Source of the DNA: a virus
Lineage: Duplodnaviria; Heunggongvirae; Uroviricota; Caudoviricetes
Strand: one strand, 5' to 3'
Virus record (IMG/VR): IMGVR_UViG_3300025133_000019
DNA length: 64,000 bases
The first letter of the stretch is position 1. Each line of letters begins with the position of its first letter. This document shows, in pieces, positions 1 through 8,781 of the stretch. The notes beneath the pieces were generated by a model. That model did no database searches and was not told the DNA's origin. It was given only the letters and a program-made list of their open reading frames with translations. The translations under genes and the position numbers were made by a program.

Positions 1-77
1 AGCCTTATCTTTAGTGTCGCCTGATACTAGAATCGTTTGAGTTTCAACTGTTGTTTTCATAATGTCGATTGACCATA

Positions 78-197
78 TCATTCTAACTCCTCTGTGGCCA
101 TTGGCCTGTTTTTCTTTAACCTCTCAGACACAGTATCAAAATCTATTTCAACACTAAATCCTATTTCGTCATCGGTAGTTAATTTAAACGGTATCAT
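78..197 (-). CDS. small hypothetical protein (39 aa, MIPFKLTTDDEIGF...), not in ORF track
   Basis: ATG at 197 preceded by AACAAAGGAG SD and a promoter cassette; its stop overlaps (ATGA) the start of the next ORF, which runs off the window start. Confidence 0.6.
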   Translation of the reverse strand: MIPFKLTTDDEIGFSVEIDFDTVSERLKKNRPMATEELE

Positions 198-353
198 TCT
201 AGCTCCTTTGTTATATTTAATAGCCCGGATACTGGGTCAAGTGAGAATAACAGGGCGAATAAATATATATTCAAAATTCATGCTCACTTCCTTTCAGAAC
301 TAGTAACCGAGATAACAGGTCAAGTGGGAATAACCAAGTGAAAGCGGATATTT

Positions 354-1577
354 CTACCCGCTCAACTTAGTTTTAAACAGTTCAATTCTCTTCATCAAAA
401 GAATGTCCCCTATCTGTTTTCCCTTGTAGCCTAGTGCCACAATTTCGTCTCCACGGATTTCCTGCTCGGTTTCCTTGGCAAGTGAGTACAACCTCTTCAT
501 GTCAGCGTAAAGGTCAGCCTCTACTACCGGGTCGGCTCCATCTCTGTAAACAGCATCCAAAAAAGCTACTAGCATAAGGTCTTCGATATCCTTTTTTAGC
601 AGGTATTTAAGAGCTTTACCCGGCTTCATCTCCGGTACTTTCCTGAGTACTAGATGAAACTCGGAACACTGCTCACTAAATTTTCGGATACTAGAAGGAA
701 GACGGTTACGCAACCCGAACTCTCTGACTAGCTCGATTCCAAGTTTATCATGATTATAGTGGCTAGGATGATTTTCAGCAGGAGTTACCCCTTTGCCTAA
801 GTCATGCAACAACAAACCATAAAGAATCTTGAGGTCAAATCTACCTTTGGCACGATCCAACAAATTCATAACGTGCCTATAAGCCGTTCCGTCATGTTTA
901 TCTGGAACTAGCAAGGCTTGAATTTCAGGAAAATGCACATCCAAGCAATCAACTTCTAGCAAGAAGTCAAAGAACCTGGAAGGAAAAGGGCTCAAAAGAA
1001 CTTTGTCAAGCTCTTTAACAATTCGATCACCTGGAATCTCTGTTAGCATGGGTTTCATTTTCTTACAAAGATCTTTAGTTTCTTGGGAAACTTCAAAGCC
1101 TAGTTGAGCTGCGAACCTTCCAACTCTCAAGATTCTAAGTGGATCTTCTTGAAATGCTTGGGAAACATGACGCAGTTTTTTGCTTGCTAAATCTCTTTGA
1201 CCGTTAAAAGGGTCAATGATCTTGCGCCCGTCCCATGCCATAGCATTTATCGTCAAGTCTCTACGGCTTAAATCTTGCTCAAGAGTAACACCGTTAACCT
1301 CAACGCTGAAATCGTGGTAACCATCACCCAAAGATTTTTCAATCCTAGCCATAGCGAGTTCTCTGCTCTCTCCGTCTACATTAACCAAGAATACAGGAAA
1401 ATCATGGCCTACAGGCTCACCAAATTCTTTTGCTAGGGTTTGGGTCGCTACGCCTTCAACAACGTAATCTATGTCATTAAATGGACGGTTAAGCAGGGAG
1501 TCACGAACGCAACCGCCTACTTGATACAAACTACCGCCCAAGTTTTTGATTTGATCTTTAAGTTTTTGCTCGTTCAT
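354..1577 (-). CDS. cca: multifunctional CCA-adding tRNA nucleotidyltransferase with HD domain
   Basis: GGCVRD, DIDYVV, DLSRRDLTINAMA, EDPLRILR and HD motif LLHDLGK. Confidence 0.93.
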   Translation of the reverse strand: MNEQKLKDQIKNLGGSLYQVGGCVRDSLLNRPFNDIDYVVEGVATQTLAKEFGEPVGHDFPVFLVNVDGESRELAMARIEKSLGDGYHDFSVEVNGVTLEQDLSRRDLTINAMAWDGRKIIDPFNGQRDLASKKLRHVSQAFQEDPLRILRVGRFAAQLGFEVSQETKDLCKKMKPMLTEIPGDRIVKELDKVLLSPFPSRFFDFLLEVDCLDVHFPEIQALLVPDKHDGTAYRHVMNLLDRAKGRFDLKILYGLLLHDLGKGVTPAENHPSHYNHDKLGIELVREFGLRNRLPSSIRKFSEQCSEFHLVLRKVPEMKPGKALKYLLKKDIEDLMLVAFLDAVYRDGADPVVEADLYADMKRLYSLAKETEQEIRGDEIVALGYKGKQIGDILLMKRIELFKTKLSG

Positions 1578-1580
1578 AAC

Positions 1581-1832
1581 TCACCTTTCAGTTGCTTTAA
1601 TCAAATGGGCTTGGGCAGCCCTAACGGCATAACCCAAATTATCTCTGACGTTTGCATTGGCGTGTCGCCAATGCATTGGCTTCATTCTGGCAGCTCGATT
1701 TATTCCGGCAGCTTCAATAAATTCTTTTCCAAACATTACCTTATACCCGAACTTGTCGGTTATAAGGGAATAGCCTTTCTCTTCCAGGACACGGCTTGCT
1801 TTTTGAAGTTCTTTATATTCCCAATCTCTCAT
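1581..1832 (-). CDS. hypothetical protein
   Basis: Tightly packed in the - strand operon; GAGG SD. Confidence 0.7.
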   Translation of the reverse strand: MRDWEYKELQKASRVLEEKGYSLITDKFGYKVMFGKEFIEAAGINRAARMKPMHWRHANANVRDNLGYAVRAAQAHLIKATER

Positions 1833-1835
1833 TTT

Positions 1836-2027
1836 TTATTCCTCTCTCAACACTTCACACAAAGTAGATGACATTGACGAGAAAAGACTTGATAATTCTG
1901 TGTCAGACATAGTATCCAAGTCATACCCAGCAATATAATCTCCGTCCTGTGTCCAATGTTCAGAATGAACACCCCCATCATAAAATCTAATTGTGTAACC
2001 CAGCTTCAAGATTAAATCTTTTAACAT
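1836..2027 (-). CDS. hypothetical protein
   Basis: Operon packing; AAGGA SD. Confidence 0.65.
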   Translation of the reverse strand: MLKDLILKLGYTIRFYDGGVHSEHWTQDGDYIAGYDLDTMSDTELSSLFSSMSSTLCEVLREE

Positions 2028-2029
2028 GA

Positions 2030-2206
2030 TTATCTTTTCCTTGAGTTTTGGCCAGCTTTCATCTGAAAATACTGAATGCTAACGACTTTAGCCTCTTTAA
2101 TTAAAGGGCTAGTTAAATTGTCCCCAACTTTCAGGACTTCATGAATATTAGTTTGATCCACTTCGGAATCATCAAATTCTATTTGTACCGCAATTACAGC
2201 TTTCAT
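2030..2206 (-). CDS. small hypothetical protein (58 aa, MKAVIAVQIEFDDSEVD...), not in ORF track
   Basis: AAAGGAG SD directly after the promoter cassette at 2249; abuts the next gene. Confidence 0.7.
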   Translation of the reverse strand: MKAVIAVQIEFDDSEVDQTNIHEVLKVGDNLTSPLIKEAKVVSIQYFQMKAGQNSRKR

Positions 2207-2345
2207 ATTTTTCTCCTTTCATATATGGTAACCCAGATACCGGGTCAAGTGGGAATAACTTGTTGAAATAGAAATTATTTTTTAGATTTGTGGGGTATTA
2301 GTTGTGTTCATAGAGTAAGGAACTCCAACACAAGTTTTATATACA

Positions 2346-2372
2346 AAAGAAAAAAGCCGGTTTCCCGGCTTT
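2346..2372 (-). terminator. intrinsic terminator
   Basis: AAAGCCGG-TTTC-CCGGCTTT hairpin with U-tract on the - strand after 2387..2650. Confidence 0.7.
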
Positions 2373-2386
2373 ATGGTTGTTTAGAG

Positions 2387-2650
2387 TTAGGGCATTTCAT
2401 TAAGATATTCCATGCCAATTCTCTCGGCAGTAGTTTCTACTGCACCAACATAATCAACACCGTTAATACTGTATAACCAGTCATCCATTTCGCTTTCAGT
2501 TTTCTCGGTGGCAACATGGACTTGACTATAAAATTGATCTTCCCTATATTTTCCGCCGTCCCTAACTTCGATTGTACTGGCTAATTTACTAAGCCTTAGT
2601 CTCAAGAAACTTGCCGAATGAGTTTCTACATCAATAATTAAAAAATTCAT
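2387..2650 (-). CDS. hypothetical protein
   Basis: Promoter cassette plus AACAAAGGAG SD; followed by a terminator. Confidence 0.8.
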   Translation of the reverse strand: MNFLIIDVETHSASFLRLRLSKLASTIEVRDGGKYREDQFYSQVHVATEKTESEMDDWLYSINGVDYVGAVETTAERIGMEYLNEMP

Positions 2651-2722
2651 AATAACTCCTTTGTTATATTTAATAGCCCGGATACTGGGTCAAGTGAGAA
2701 TAACAGGGCGAATAAATTATTT

Positions 2723-3358
2723 CTAAGCTAAAAGTTCCTTAACCGTAAAAACTTCGTCTATAATCCTGATTGCTTTTAAACCGTTAAACTTCCTTGGCCC
2801 CAAGTAAACATCAAGATTTTCCCGAGTAGCTGACTCGTCTCTAGGGACTAGAAAATCTTTGTCGTTTATCAGTCCGGTTATTTTCCAATCCAAATCACAT
2901 ACATTCTTATTTAAAAAACGTAGTCCAATATTCTGCATCCCTTTATCCTTAGAAAAATATCCAACTTCTTCTCCGGGATGTCTGTCAGTATCAAACCACA
3001 GAGCATCAAAACGAGTGAGCTTAAAGATACGCTCGTTGTTCCATTTGCCGTCTGAACTGAAAATCACATAAACAGGATCTCCAGTTTCTTCGGATTCTCT
3101 TTCCAAAACTTTCATCCGTTTATAAGCATTATCAACTTTAGTGTTGATACCACGATAAATAGATTTGGCCCACTGACTAATAAAACACGACTTAGGGTCA
3201 TCTCGGTAATCCTGAGCCCTGTAATAGTCCTGCATTAAAAAGCCATACCGCATCATCCACACTTTTAACTTAGTGTCGCCTTGTTTAATCACTCTTGATT
3301 TATTCGTTAAGTGGTAAACCCAAACGCCCATATACCCTCCTATGAGTACAACGTACAT
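2723..3358 (-). CDS. hypothetical protein (true start may be the second Met, behind GAGGG)
   Basis: 211-aa ORF in operon orientation. Confidence 0.75.
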   Translation of the reverse strand: MYVVLIGGYMGVWVYHLTNKSRVIKQGDTKLKVWMMRYGFLMQDYYRAQDYRDDPKSCFISQWAKSIYRGINTKVDNAYKRMKVLERESEETGDPVYVIFSSDGKWNNERIFKLTRFDALWFDTDRHPGEEVGYFSKDKGMQNIGLRFLNKNVCDLDWKITGLINDKDFLVPRDESATRENLDVYLGPRKFNGLKAIRIIDEVFTVKELLA

Positions 3359-3847
3359 ACTATGATATCAAAATCTCGATTCCTGGACCCAAAAAAATTA
3401 TTTTTATTCTAAATTTAATCTCAGAATAAAATTTTGTGGCCTCACAAGCAATTAACTGCAAGCACGGCCCTAGACTCATGGACTCTGCAATCCATGTTCT
3501 CAAGGGCCAAAGTCTAGTTGAACCCCTGATGTTTCTCGTTTATAATATTCAAGATACTAGGTCAAGTGAGAATAACAAGGTGAACTAAGACTATTTTTTA
3601 AATTTTTATTAATAAGTCTCGATTTCTAGGTGTAAACATAAAAAATCGTTTGTAAATAAGGGTTTGAGAACCAGGGATTGACTAATTTGTTAAGTGTTTG
3701 GGCTAACTCTGTTGTAACTCCTTTTAATTCTCCTAGAAATTGGTCCCTTACTACTCCACAATAAATAGCGATACGTGTATATACATATCAAGGTCTGCTC
3801 AATTTGCATCAAATCCCTGTTTTCCTCAGGAGGTCTATAGGTGGTTT

Positions 3848-3969
3848 ATAGACTAATGTATTGGTGCCAGCGATTTCATAAAAAATAAATTTTTCGAGAA
3901 AAGCAGGTAGTTTTATTTGCTCATAGATTAATGTATTAACACAAATAATTTCATAAAAAATAAATTTTT
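3848..3969. repeat. two 47-bp imperfect direct repeats with a variable 10-nt centre
   Basis: ATAGAYTAATGTATT-N10-ATTTCATAAAAAATAAATTTTT at 3848 and 3923. Confidence 0.85.
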
Positions 3970-4056
3970 AGCAATCAAAATAATTTCTATTTCAACAAGT
4001 TATTCCCACTTGACCCGGTATTTTGAATACTAGATACGTAGGAACAAGGAGGAAAT

Positions 4057-4320
4057 ATGTTCACGCAGATTTTTACGCAGGACTTGGTGGATTTAAGCTC
4101 GAATCCACCGATGAAATCCCTTTTGCTAGGTGTTATACATGAGAGCGATTTTCCGCTTATCTATCAAGCCGGAGGACAGTTCGACGTGAGCTGTGGCAGA
4201 CTAGAAATAAGTTTGAAAAGGGCGACTGCTCTTTTTCAGGAAAAACCTGACCAAATTTTTTGGTCAAGCGAGTTTGTAAAACTCGTATCGAATAATTCTA
4301 GTTTCACTCGATTATTCTAA
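4057..4320 (+). CDS. hypothetical protein
   Basis: Promoter cassette plus AAGGAGG SD. Confidence 0.7.
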   Translation: MFTQIFTQDLVDLSSNPPMKSLLLGVIHESDFPLIYQAGGQFDVSCGRLEISLKRATALFQEKPDQIFWSSEFVKLVSNNSSFTRLF

Positions 4321-4398
4321 CTTGACCGGATATCTCGAACACTAAACACACAAGGGGATCGAGTCCGGTCCCCACAAAAATTAAACAGGAGTTTACTT

Positions 4399-4920
4399 AT
4401 GAATTGCTTATGTAAAGGGTGTGCATCACTCGTATTCAAAAAGATCGAAGATTTCATTCAGCATGGAGGTTTGTGTAGGCGATGCAAAGGCATCAACTAT
4501 CTATTCACCCTGGAATTGCGAAATTACCCCCAACATCTCCTGGGAAGCTACTACAGGAAGCACGTAGTAATTGCTTTCAACCGCAAAGAGCTTCTTGGTC
4601 TAGTGAACAAACTTCCTTTGGGCTATGAGTCCGACGGGAAATTTAATGCCGATGACTGGCAGATAACTCAAACTAGGGCAATCAGGAAGCCCGCTGGAAT
4701 CCTGGGCAATAAGTCCTTGCATTGTGGGGTAAATACCCGCTCCGCTCTTAGAGCATACGCAAAATCCCATGTGGCACCATATGTAGCCAATGGGTATGAC
4801 TGGATGCTCAATGACGCAGGAAATGCGATTGAAGTCTACAACGTCGCAGAATTTGAGGCGGTCAAAGCAAAAGATCGAAAGTCTTTTGAGTCCTCTACAG
4901 TGATTAAGGTCACGGGTTAA
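4399..4920 (+). CDS. hypothetical protein with N-terminal CxxC...CxxC zinc ribbon
   Basis: CKGC...CRRC; AGGAG SD; promoter cassette at 4321. Confidence 0.75.
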   Translation: MNCLCKGCASLVFKKIEDFIQHGGLCRRCKGINYLFTLELRNYPQHLLGSYYRKHVVIAFNRKELLGLVNKLPLGYESDGKFNADDWQITQTRAIRKPAGILGNKSLHCGVNTRSALRAYAKSHVAPYVANGYDWMLNDAGNAIEVYNVAEFEAVKAKDRKSFESSTVIKVTG

Positions 4921-4927
4921 GGGATTA

Positions 4928-4956
4928 GGGGAGAGGGCTTCGACCCTCTCCCCTTT
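4928..4956 (+). terminator. GC-rich hairpin (weak terminator or SD-sequestering stem)
   Basis: GGGGAGAGGG-CTTCGA-CCCTCTCCCC-TTT immediately before the ATG at 4960. Confidence 0.55.
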
Positions 4957-4959
4957 GAT

Positions 4960-5115
4960 ATGGCAAAACAAGCTATTTCAATCAGACTCGACAAAGAAAT
5001 CCTAGATTTCTTTAGTGGCCCTGGATACCAAACTAAAATTAATTTGGTTTTGCGTAGACATATCCAAAATCAAAAACCGCAGAGAACACGAAGAACACGA
5101 AGAATTATATTTTGA
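4960..5115 (+). CDS. BrnA-family antitoxin-like ribbon-helix-helix protein (51 aa), not in ORF track
   Basis: MAKQAISIRLDKEILDFFSGPGYQTKINLVLRRH matches the BrnA pattern SxRLDxDxxxxF...GxGYQTxINxxLR. Confidence 0.7.
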   Translation: MAKQAISIRLDKEILDFFSGPGYQTKINLVLRRHIQNQKPQRTRRTRRIIF

Positions 5116-5176
5116 CCGTGTTTTTCTCACTTGATCCCATATCTGGAATACTAGTTATGAAAGAGGGAGGAATCAA

Positions 5177-5419
5177 ATGAGTTTCTGGAAAAAAGTATTC
5201 AACTTCGGATACAGGTCACCTTCCTTCAAGGAAGTAATTGGCCTCACAAAACTTGAGCGAAAGCTCAAGAAAAAATCAGGTTACTATACAATCACCAAGC
5301 CTAATAGACTGGTGACTAACCTGAAAAAACGCCTCAAGCATCGAGTTGGATATTATTCCGCTCCTGTAAGGTTCTTACGACGTGGTGTCCCTGTAGTGAA
5401 AACTGTGGGACGTGACTAG
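5177..5419 (+). CDS. basic hypothetical protein
   Basis: Promoter cassette plus GGGAGG SD. Confidence 0.75.
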   Translation: MSFWKKVFNFGYRSPSFKEVIGLTKLERKLKKKSGYYTITKPNRLVTNLKKRLKHRVGYYSAPVRFLRRGVPVVKTVGRD

Positions 5420-5648
5420 GATGAGGAACCAGGAATTCTGAACCTGGAACCGAAATTCCGAAACCTAAAATGGCCCCCTGATTTTTATCAGTACGGGCCA
5501 TTTTTGGGTCAACTGAGTTTGGTCACTTGACACAGGATCTCGGTTATTATGTATGAGAACGGGTAAACAATTGAGGCAGGGTGCCTCGATCCTCCGTTCC
5601 TTTCGCAAGGGGAAACAACAATTCTGTTTCCCCTACAAAGGAGTGTGT

Positions 5649-5837
5649 ATGCAATTATTTAGTTTAGACGGTTTTTTCGCTGGCCTTAAAGAGGTCAACG
5701 GGGATTTGAGCACACAGGAGAAGCGAGAAGAGTTTTTCGCTTCCGTCCAGGAAAATACTGATCCAGAATTTTCTGGTCAGGTAGAAGAGAGTCTAGCGCA
5801 AGCCTGTGCAGACGGACTTTTTAACCAGGAGGAATGA
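5649..5837 (+). CDS. acidic hypothetical protein (start probably MQLFSLDG)
   Basis: ACAAAGGAG SD before the ATG at 5649; the upstream in-frame part is a structured leader. Confidence 0.65.
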   Translation: MQLFSLDGFFAGLKEVNGDLSTQEKREEFFASVQENTDPEFSGQVEESLAQACADGLFNQEE

Positions 5838-6025
5838 TGAGCCAGGAATTAGAAACGATCAAAAGCATATCCAAAATCACTAATCAAGTAATGAAAACTG
5901 GGAACCCTTTATCAACGGTTATCCCAAGTCAGCATAATCGAATCGCTTTCCGTTGGTTAGCACAACAAGAAGTGGAATTTACTGCTGTTGGTGGTGAAAC
6001 TTTAACTTCTTTAGAAATCCGGTAA
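5834..6025 (+). CDS. hypothetical protein
   Basis: AGGAGG SD; ATGA coupling. Confidence 0.7.
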   Translation: MMSQELETIKSISKITNQVMKTGNPLSTVIPSQHNRIAFRWLAQQEVEFTAVGGETLTSLEIR

Positions 6026-6093
6026 AACCCACACGATTTTTCTCACTTGACACAGCATCTTGAATCTTAGTTTTGAGGAAGGGAGGAACACAA

Positions 6094-6351
6094 ATGTTCC
6101 AGTCAATTTTTAGGTTTTTCAAGAAACACAAGACTCTGGTTGAGTCCGTGGGAATTTCGGTAATAATTCCAACATCTCAAGAAAGGACTTTGGCCCGACA
6201 GGTTATCAAGGACTTAAAGAAAGGTGAGCAGATTTCACTGATTCTCCCTGAAAACACAGGGATAGGCCAAGTGGTAGCGGAGCAAGGCTATCACGTAGCC
6301 AAGTTTAACGGGTCCAATCGAGGGCTTGCCGAATTTGCCTTTTGGAGATGA
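6094..6351 (+). CDS. hypothetical protein (start MFQSIF)
   Basis: Promoter at 6046; GGGAGG SD. Confidence 0.7.
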   Translation: MFQSIFRFFKKHKTLVESVGISVIIPTSQERTLARQVIKDLKKGEQISLILPENTGIGQVVAEQGYHVAKFNGSNRGLAEFAFWR

Positions 6352-6398
6352 GATAGAGTAAGATAGAAAGGGGTGGCCAAAAGGTTGCCCCCGAAAGG

Positions 6399-6638
6399 AT
6401 GCCAATGGAAATATTCATGATAGCCATGTTATTCTTCCCTCTTGATGCTCATGCGTTAGAGCACAAGATGGTTGCAGTGATATGTAGTTGTAGGACTAAC
6501 ATCCAGGTTCCCATTGAGTTTGCCGTGAAAGAAGGTGAACCGTCCAAGAGTTTTCGAGCTGATATACTGGCCAATAAAGTATTCAAAGGAATACGAATAG
6601 GCTTCCCGAAAATTCAGGCTATACGGGAATACGGATGA
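6399..6638 (+). CDS. hypothetical protein
   Basis: ORF in operon orientation followed by a terminator. Confidence 0.5.
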   Translation: MPMEIFMIAMLFFPLDAHALEHKMVAVICSCRTNIQVPIEFAVKEGEPSKSFRADILANKVFKGIRIGFPKIQAIREYG

Positions 6639-6681
6639 CCCCCATCGCTTAAAAGCAGTGGATAATAACAAGAAACGAAGT

Positions 6682-6715
6682 AGCCGGGGATTAATTTCCT
6701 CGGCTTTTTTTGTTT
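6682..6715 (+). terminator. intrinsic terminator
   Basis: AGCCGGGGA...TCCTCGGCT plus T-tract; related to the terminator at 7871. Confidence 0.8.
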
Positions 6716-6778
6716 TCTCACTTTTCCCACTTGACCGAGTATCCGGGCTATTAAGTATGAAGGAACAAAGGAGGAATT

Positions 6779-7057
6779 ATGTCCACAAAAGAAGGACTGC
6801 AAGAGGAATTCCTTGCTTACCCTAAGCAAGTTTTCAACGGAAATGTATTGAACTATCACGTAGGCAAAGAAGGAGAGCAGTGGTTTCTTACTGACAATAG
6901 AGGAAATCAGTCCACGTTCACCTGCTTTGATGACGTGTGGAGTTGGTACGTTGGCATGGCCTCGGGATTGATAGCCAGTACCGGAATTATAAACTCGGAA
7001 TTACTTAAATCTCTATCGCTAACTACTTACAGACTACAAAAATTCTGTATGGCATAA
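6779..7057 (+). CDS. hypothetical protein
   Basis: Promoter at 6730; AACAAAGGAGG SD. Confidence 0.8.
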   Translation: MSTKEGLQEEFLAYPKQVFNGNVLNYHVGKEGEQWFLTDNRGNQSTFTCFDDVWSWYVGMASGLIASTGIINSELLKSLSLTTYRLQKFCMA

Positions 7058-7070
7058 AGCAATAGATCTT

Positions 7071-7307
7071 TTGAGTATCAAACAACCTGACATAGATTTC
7101 AGGGATTATGACCTTAATTCTGTAAATCCATCTGCCAAAGATAAAGTAGCAGGATTTATGGTTGTATTTCAACACCTTAAAAATGGACACGATAAAAAGA
7201 TTTTTTTGTCTGACCTACAAATTTTAATGGGTGATGACGAGTGGCAAAAAGCTGTGGCCGAAAAACTTAAGGCTAACAAAAAAGAGGAAGCAGCTAATAA
7301 ATTATAG
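7071..7307 (+). CDS. hypothetical protein
   Basis: ORF in operon orientation; weak start. Confidence 0.5.
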   Translation: MSIKQPDIDFRDYDLNSVNPSAKDKVAGFMVVFQHLKNGHDKKIFLSDLQILMGDDEWQKAVAEKLKANKKEEAANKL

Positions 7308-7473
7308 GAAACCTTCGAAAGTTTCCATTCAATGTATCCCGAGGAAGCCAAAAACTGGCTGCAAGGTATCATGCCGAAAGTAACCCTGTTCACCTTACTT
7401 TTCTCACTTGATCCGGCATCTTGAATCCTATACGTATAGAACACATAAATTTAAATTTCCAGGAGGATTTACA

Positions 7474-7863
7474 ATGACCAATTTTACTTTTCCTGAATTC
7501 GGTATTATCTCTGATATGCACAAGGACGCATACGGGTTTCGGCCCAGGATTGCATGGTCGAATTATACCGATGAGCAAAAACAAGCTTATTGGGAAAACC
7601 TTCAAAAGTCTTGCGAACTAGAATTCGCAAGGCAAGAGGAAGACGAGGCACGAAGAATCAAAGCGTTTGAAGCCCTGATTCTTCGCACCATGGAGCATGG
7701 GGCTGAAAACAGGTCCACAGCTTTACGGTGGATTGCTGATGGGGAAATACAGGACAAAAGTTCTCAAGCACACTGCGAGCCTGGAAGCTATTTATGCTAT
7801 AGCTTCGGACTTCCTTACGGAACCTATAAAAAGGAAATTGACGACTCCTTTCGAGCAGCATAG
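7474..7863 (+). CDS. phage hypothetical protein with SDMHKDAYGFRPR motif (start MTNFTF)
   Basis: AGGAGG SD; I recall this motif from many phage early proteins. Confidence 0.75.
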   Translation: MTNFTFPEFGIISDMHKDAYGFRPRIAWSNYTDEQKQAYWENLQKSCELEFARQEEDEARRIKAFEALILRTMEHGAENRSTALRWIADGEIQDKSSQAHCEPGSYLCYSFGLPYGTYKKEIDDSFRAA

Positions 7864-7870
7864 CAAATTG

Positions 7871-7898
7871 GCCGGGGAGCTAATCCCCGGCTTTTTTT
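7871..7898 (+). terminator. intrinsic terminator
   Basis: GCCGGGGA-GCTAA-TCCCCGGC-TTTTTTT. Confidence 0.85.
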
Positions 7899-7963
7899 GT
7901 TTCTCGCCTCGATTTTCCCGCTTGATCGAATATTCGGAATACTAGTTTTGAAAGGATGGTGTT

Positions 7964-8290
7964 ATGAATACCAAGAGTTTTTTAATTAGTTTACATAAGA
8001 AGGCACACGGATACGTATGTTCCCCAAGATTCTGGGGACAGTTCTTAAACGCTAGCTTGCCTAGACAGCAAGTAATCATAGCAAGGCTTGCCGTGCAAGC
8101 CAAAAAAACCGAGGCGAATCGAGCTGAGTACGACTCAGAAAAGCGTCAAGAATTCAACGAGAAAATCATAAAAATAGTTGAACTAGGCGCAAAATCCAGA
8201 AAGCAAGCTATGAAGTGGCTAGCTGATTCCGAGGGGTTTGAATCTGTGGACTATATGCTCCACGCTTACAATATACCCGTCGTGGTATAA
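7964..8290 (+). CDS. diverged paralog of 7474..7863
   Basis: SLHKKAHGY vs DMHKDAYGF; GAKSRKQAMKWLAD vs GAENRSTALRWIAD; YMLHAYNIP vs YLCYSFGLP. Confidence 0.75.
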   Translation: MNTKSFLISLHKKAHGYVCSPRFWGQFLNASLPRQQVIIARLAVQAKKTEANRAEYDSEKRQEFNEKIIKIVELGAKSRKQAMKWLADSEGFESVDYMLHAYNIPVVV

Positions 8291-8303
8291 TTAAGGGGAA
8301 ACC

Positions 8304-8642
8304 ATGCTATACAAAGTTTTTCAAGTCAATTTAACTCAGGCAGAATCCGCCCTTGTAAATTCGGGTGTCAAGATTCCAAGGTTTGAATTTTACAAGCAGG
8401 TTGCTATGCCTATGAGCGACGAACCCGTAGGAGATTTAATCCGTAGAAACTGGAGCTATTTCGAGCACACAGCTAATATTGATGCCAATAGTCTGGAGGG
8501 AGTTTTTCAAGTAGGAAACATCGGTCCAGAAGACTCGATAACTAGACTCCAGCCGATGACTAGCGTGTCAGTCGGTAATGTGATTGAAGATCCACAAGGA
8601 TTCCGCTGGTACGTGGCTCCAACGGGATTCGAGGCGGTATGA
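8304..8642 (+). CDS. YodL-like domain protein
   Basis: LEGVFQVGN...SVSVGNVI...WYVAPTGF fits the YodL pattern LExxFxxxN...SxSVxDV...YVxxxGF. Confidence 0.6.
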   Translation: MLYKVFQVNLTQAESALVNSGVKIPRFEFYKQVAMPMSDEPVGDLIRRNWSYFEHTANIDANSLEGVFQVGNIGPEDSITRLQPMTSVSVGNVIEDPQGFRWYVAPTGFEAV

Positions 8643-8781
8643 TAGTACTTGAGGTTTTGGGCTTAATTATCCTTGGTATTCAGACTCTCAGAGCATATAT
8701 AACTCTGAGAGTCATATCTAGCTACTGCGCAATCTCGGCTCGTTGTCATGTTAAAATTTTGGAAGAATTGGAGAAACTGAA

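Larger units (their letters stand above)
203..2717. repeat. 62-bp perfect direct repeat (203-264 and 2656-2717) spanning promoter and SD
   Basis: ctcctttgttatatttaatagcccggatactgggtcaagtgagaataacagggcgaataaat occurs twice. Confidence 0.95.
215..3572 (-). promoter_or_regulatory. five leftward copies of the early promoter motif TTCYCACTTGAC-N13-TAYYANNT (CTTGAC at 241, 324, 2249, 2694, 3566 on the - strand)
   Basis: Conserved motif with fixed spacing; four of five copies lie directly upstream of an SD+ATG on the - strand. Confidence 0.8.
2237..4021. repeat. 45-bp perfect inverted repeat (2237-2281 / 3977-4021) made of a promoter cassette and its upstream flank
   Basis: aaaataatttctatttcaacaagttattcccacttgacccggtat at 3977 is the exact reverse complement of 2237-2281. 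Confidence 0.93.
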
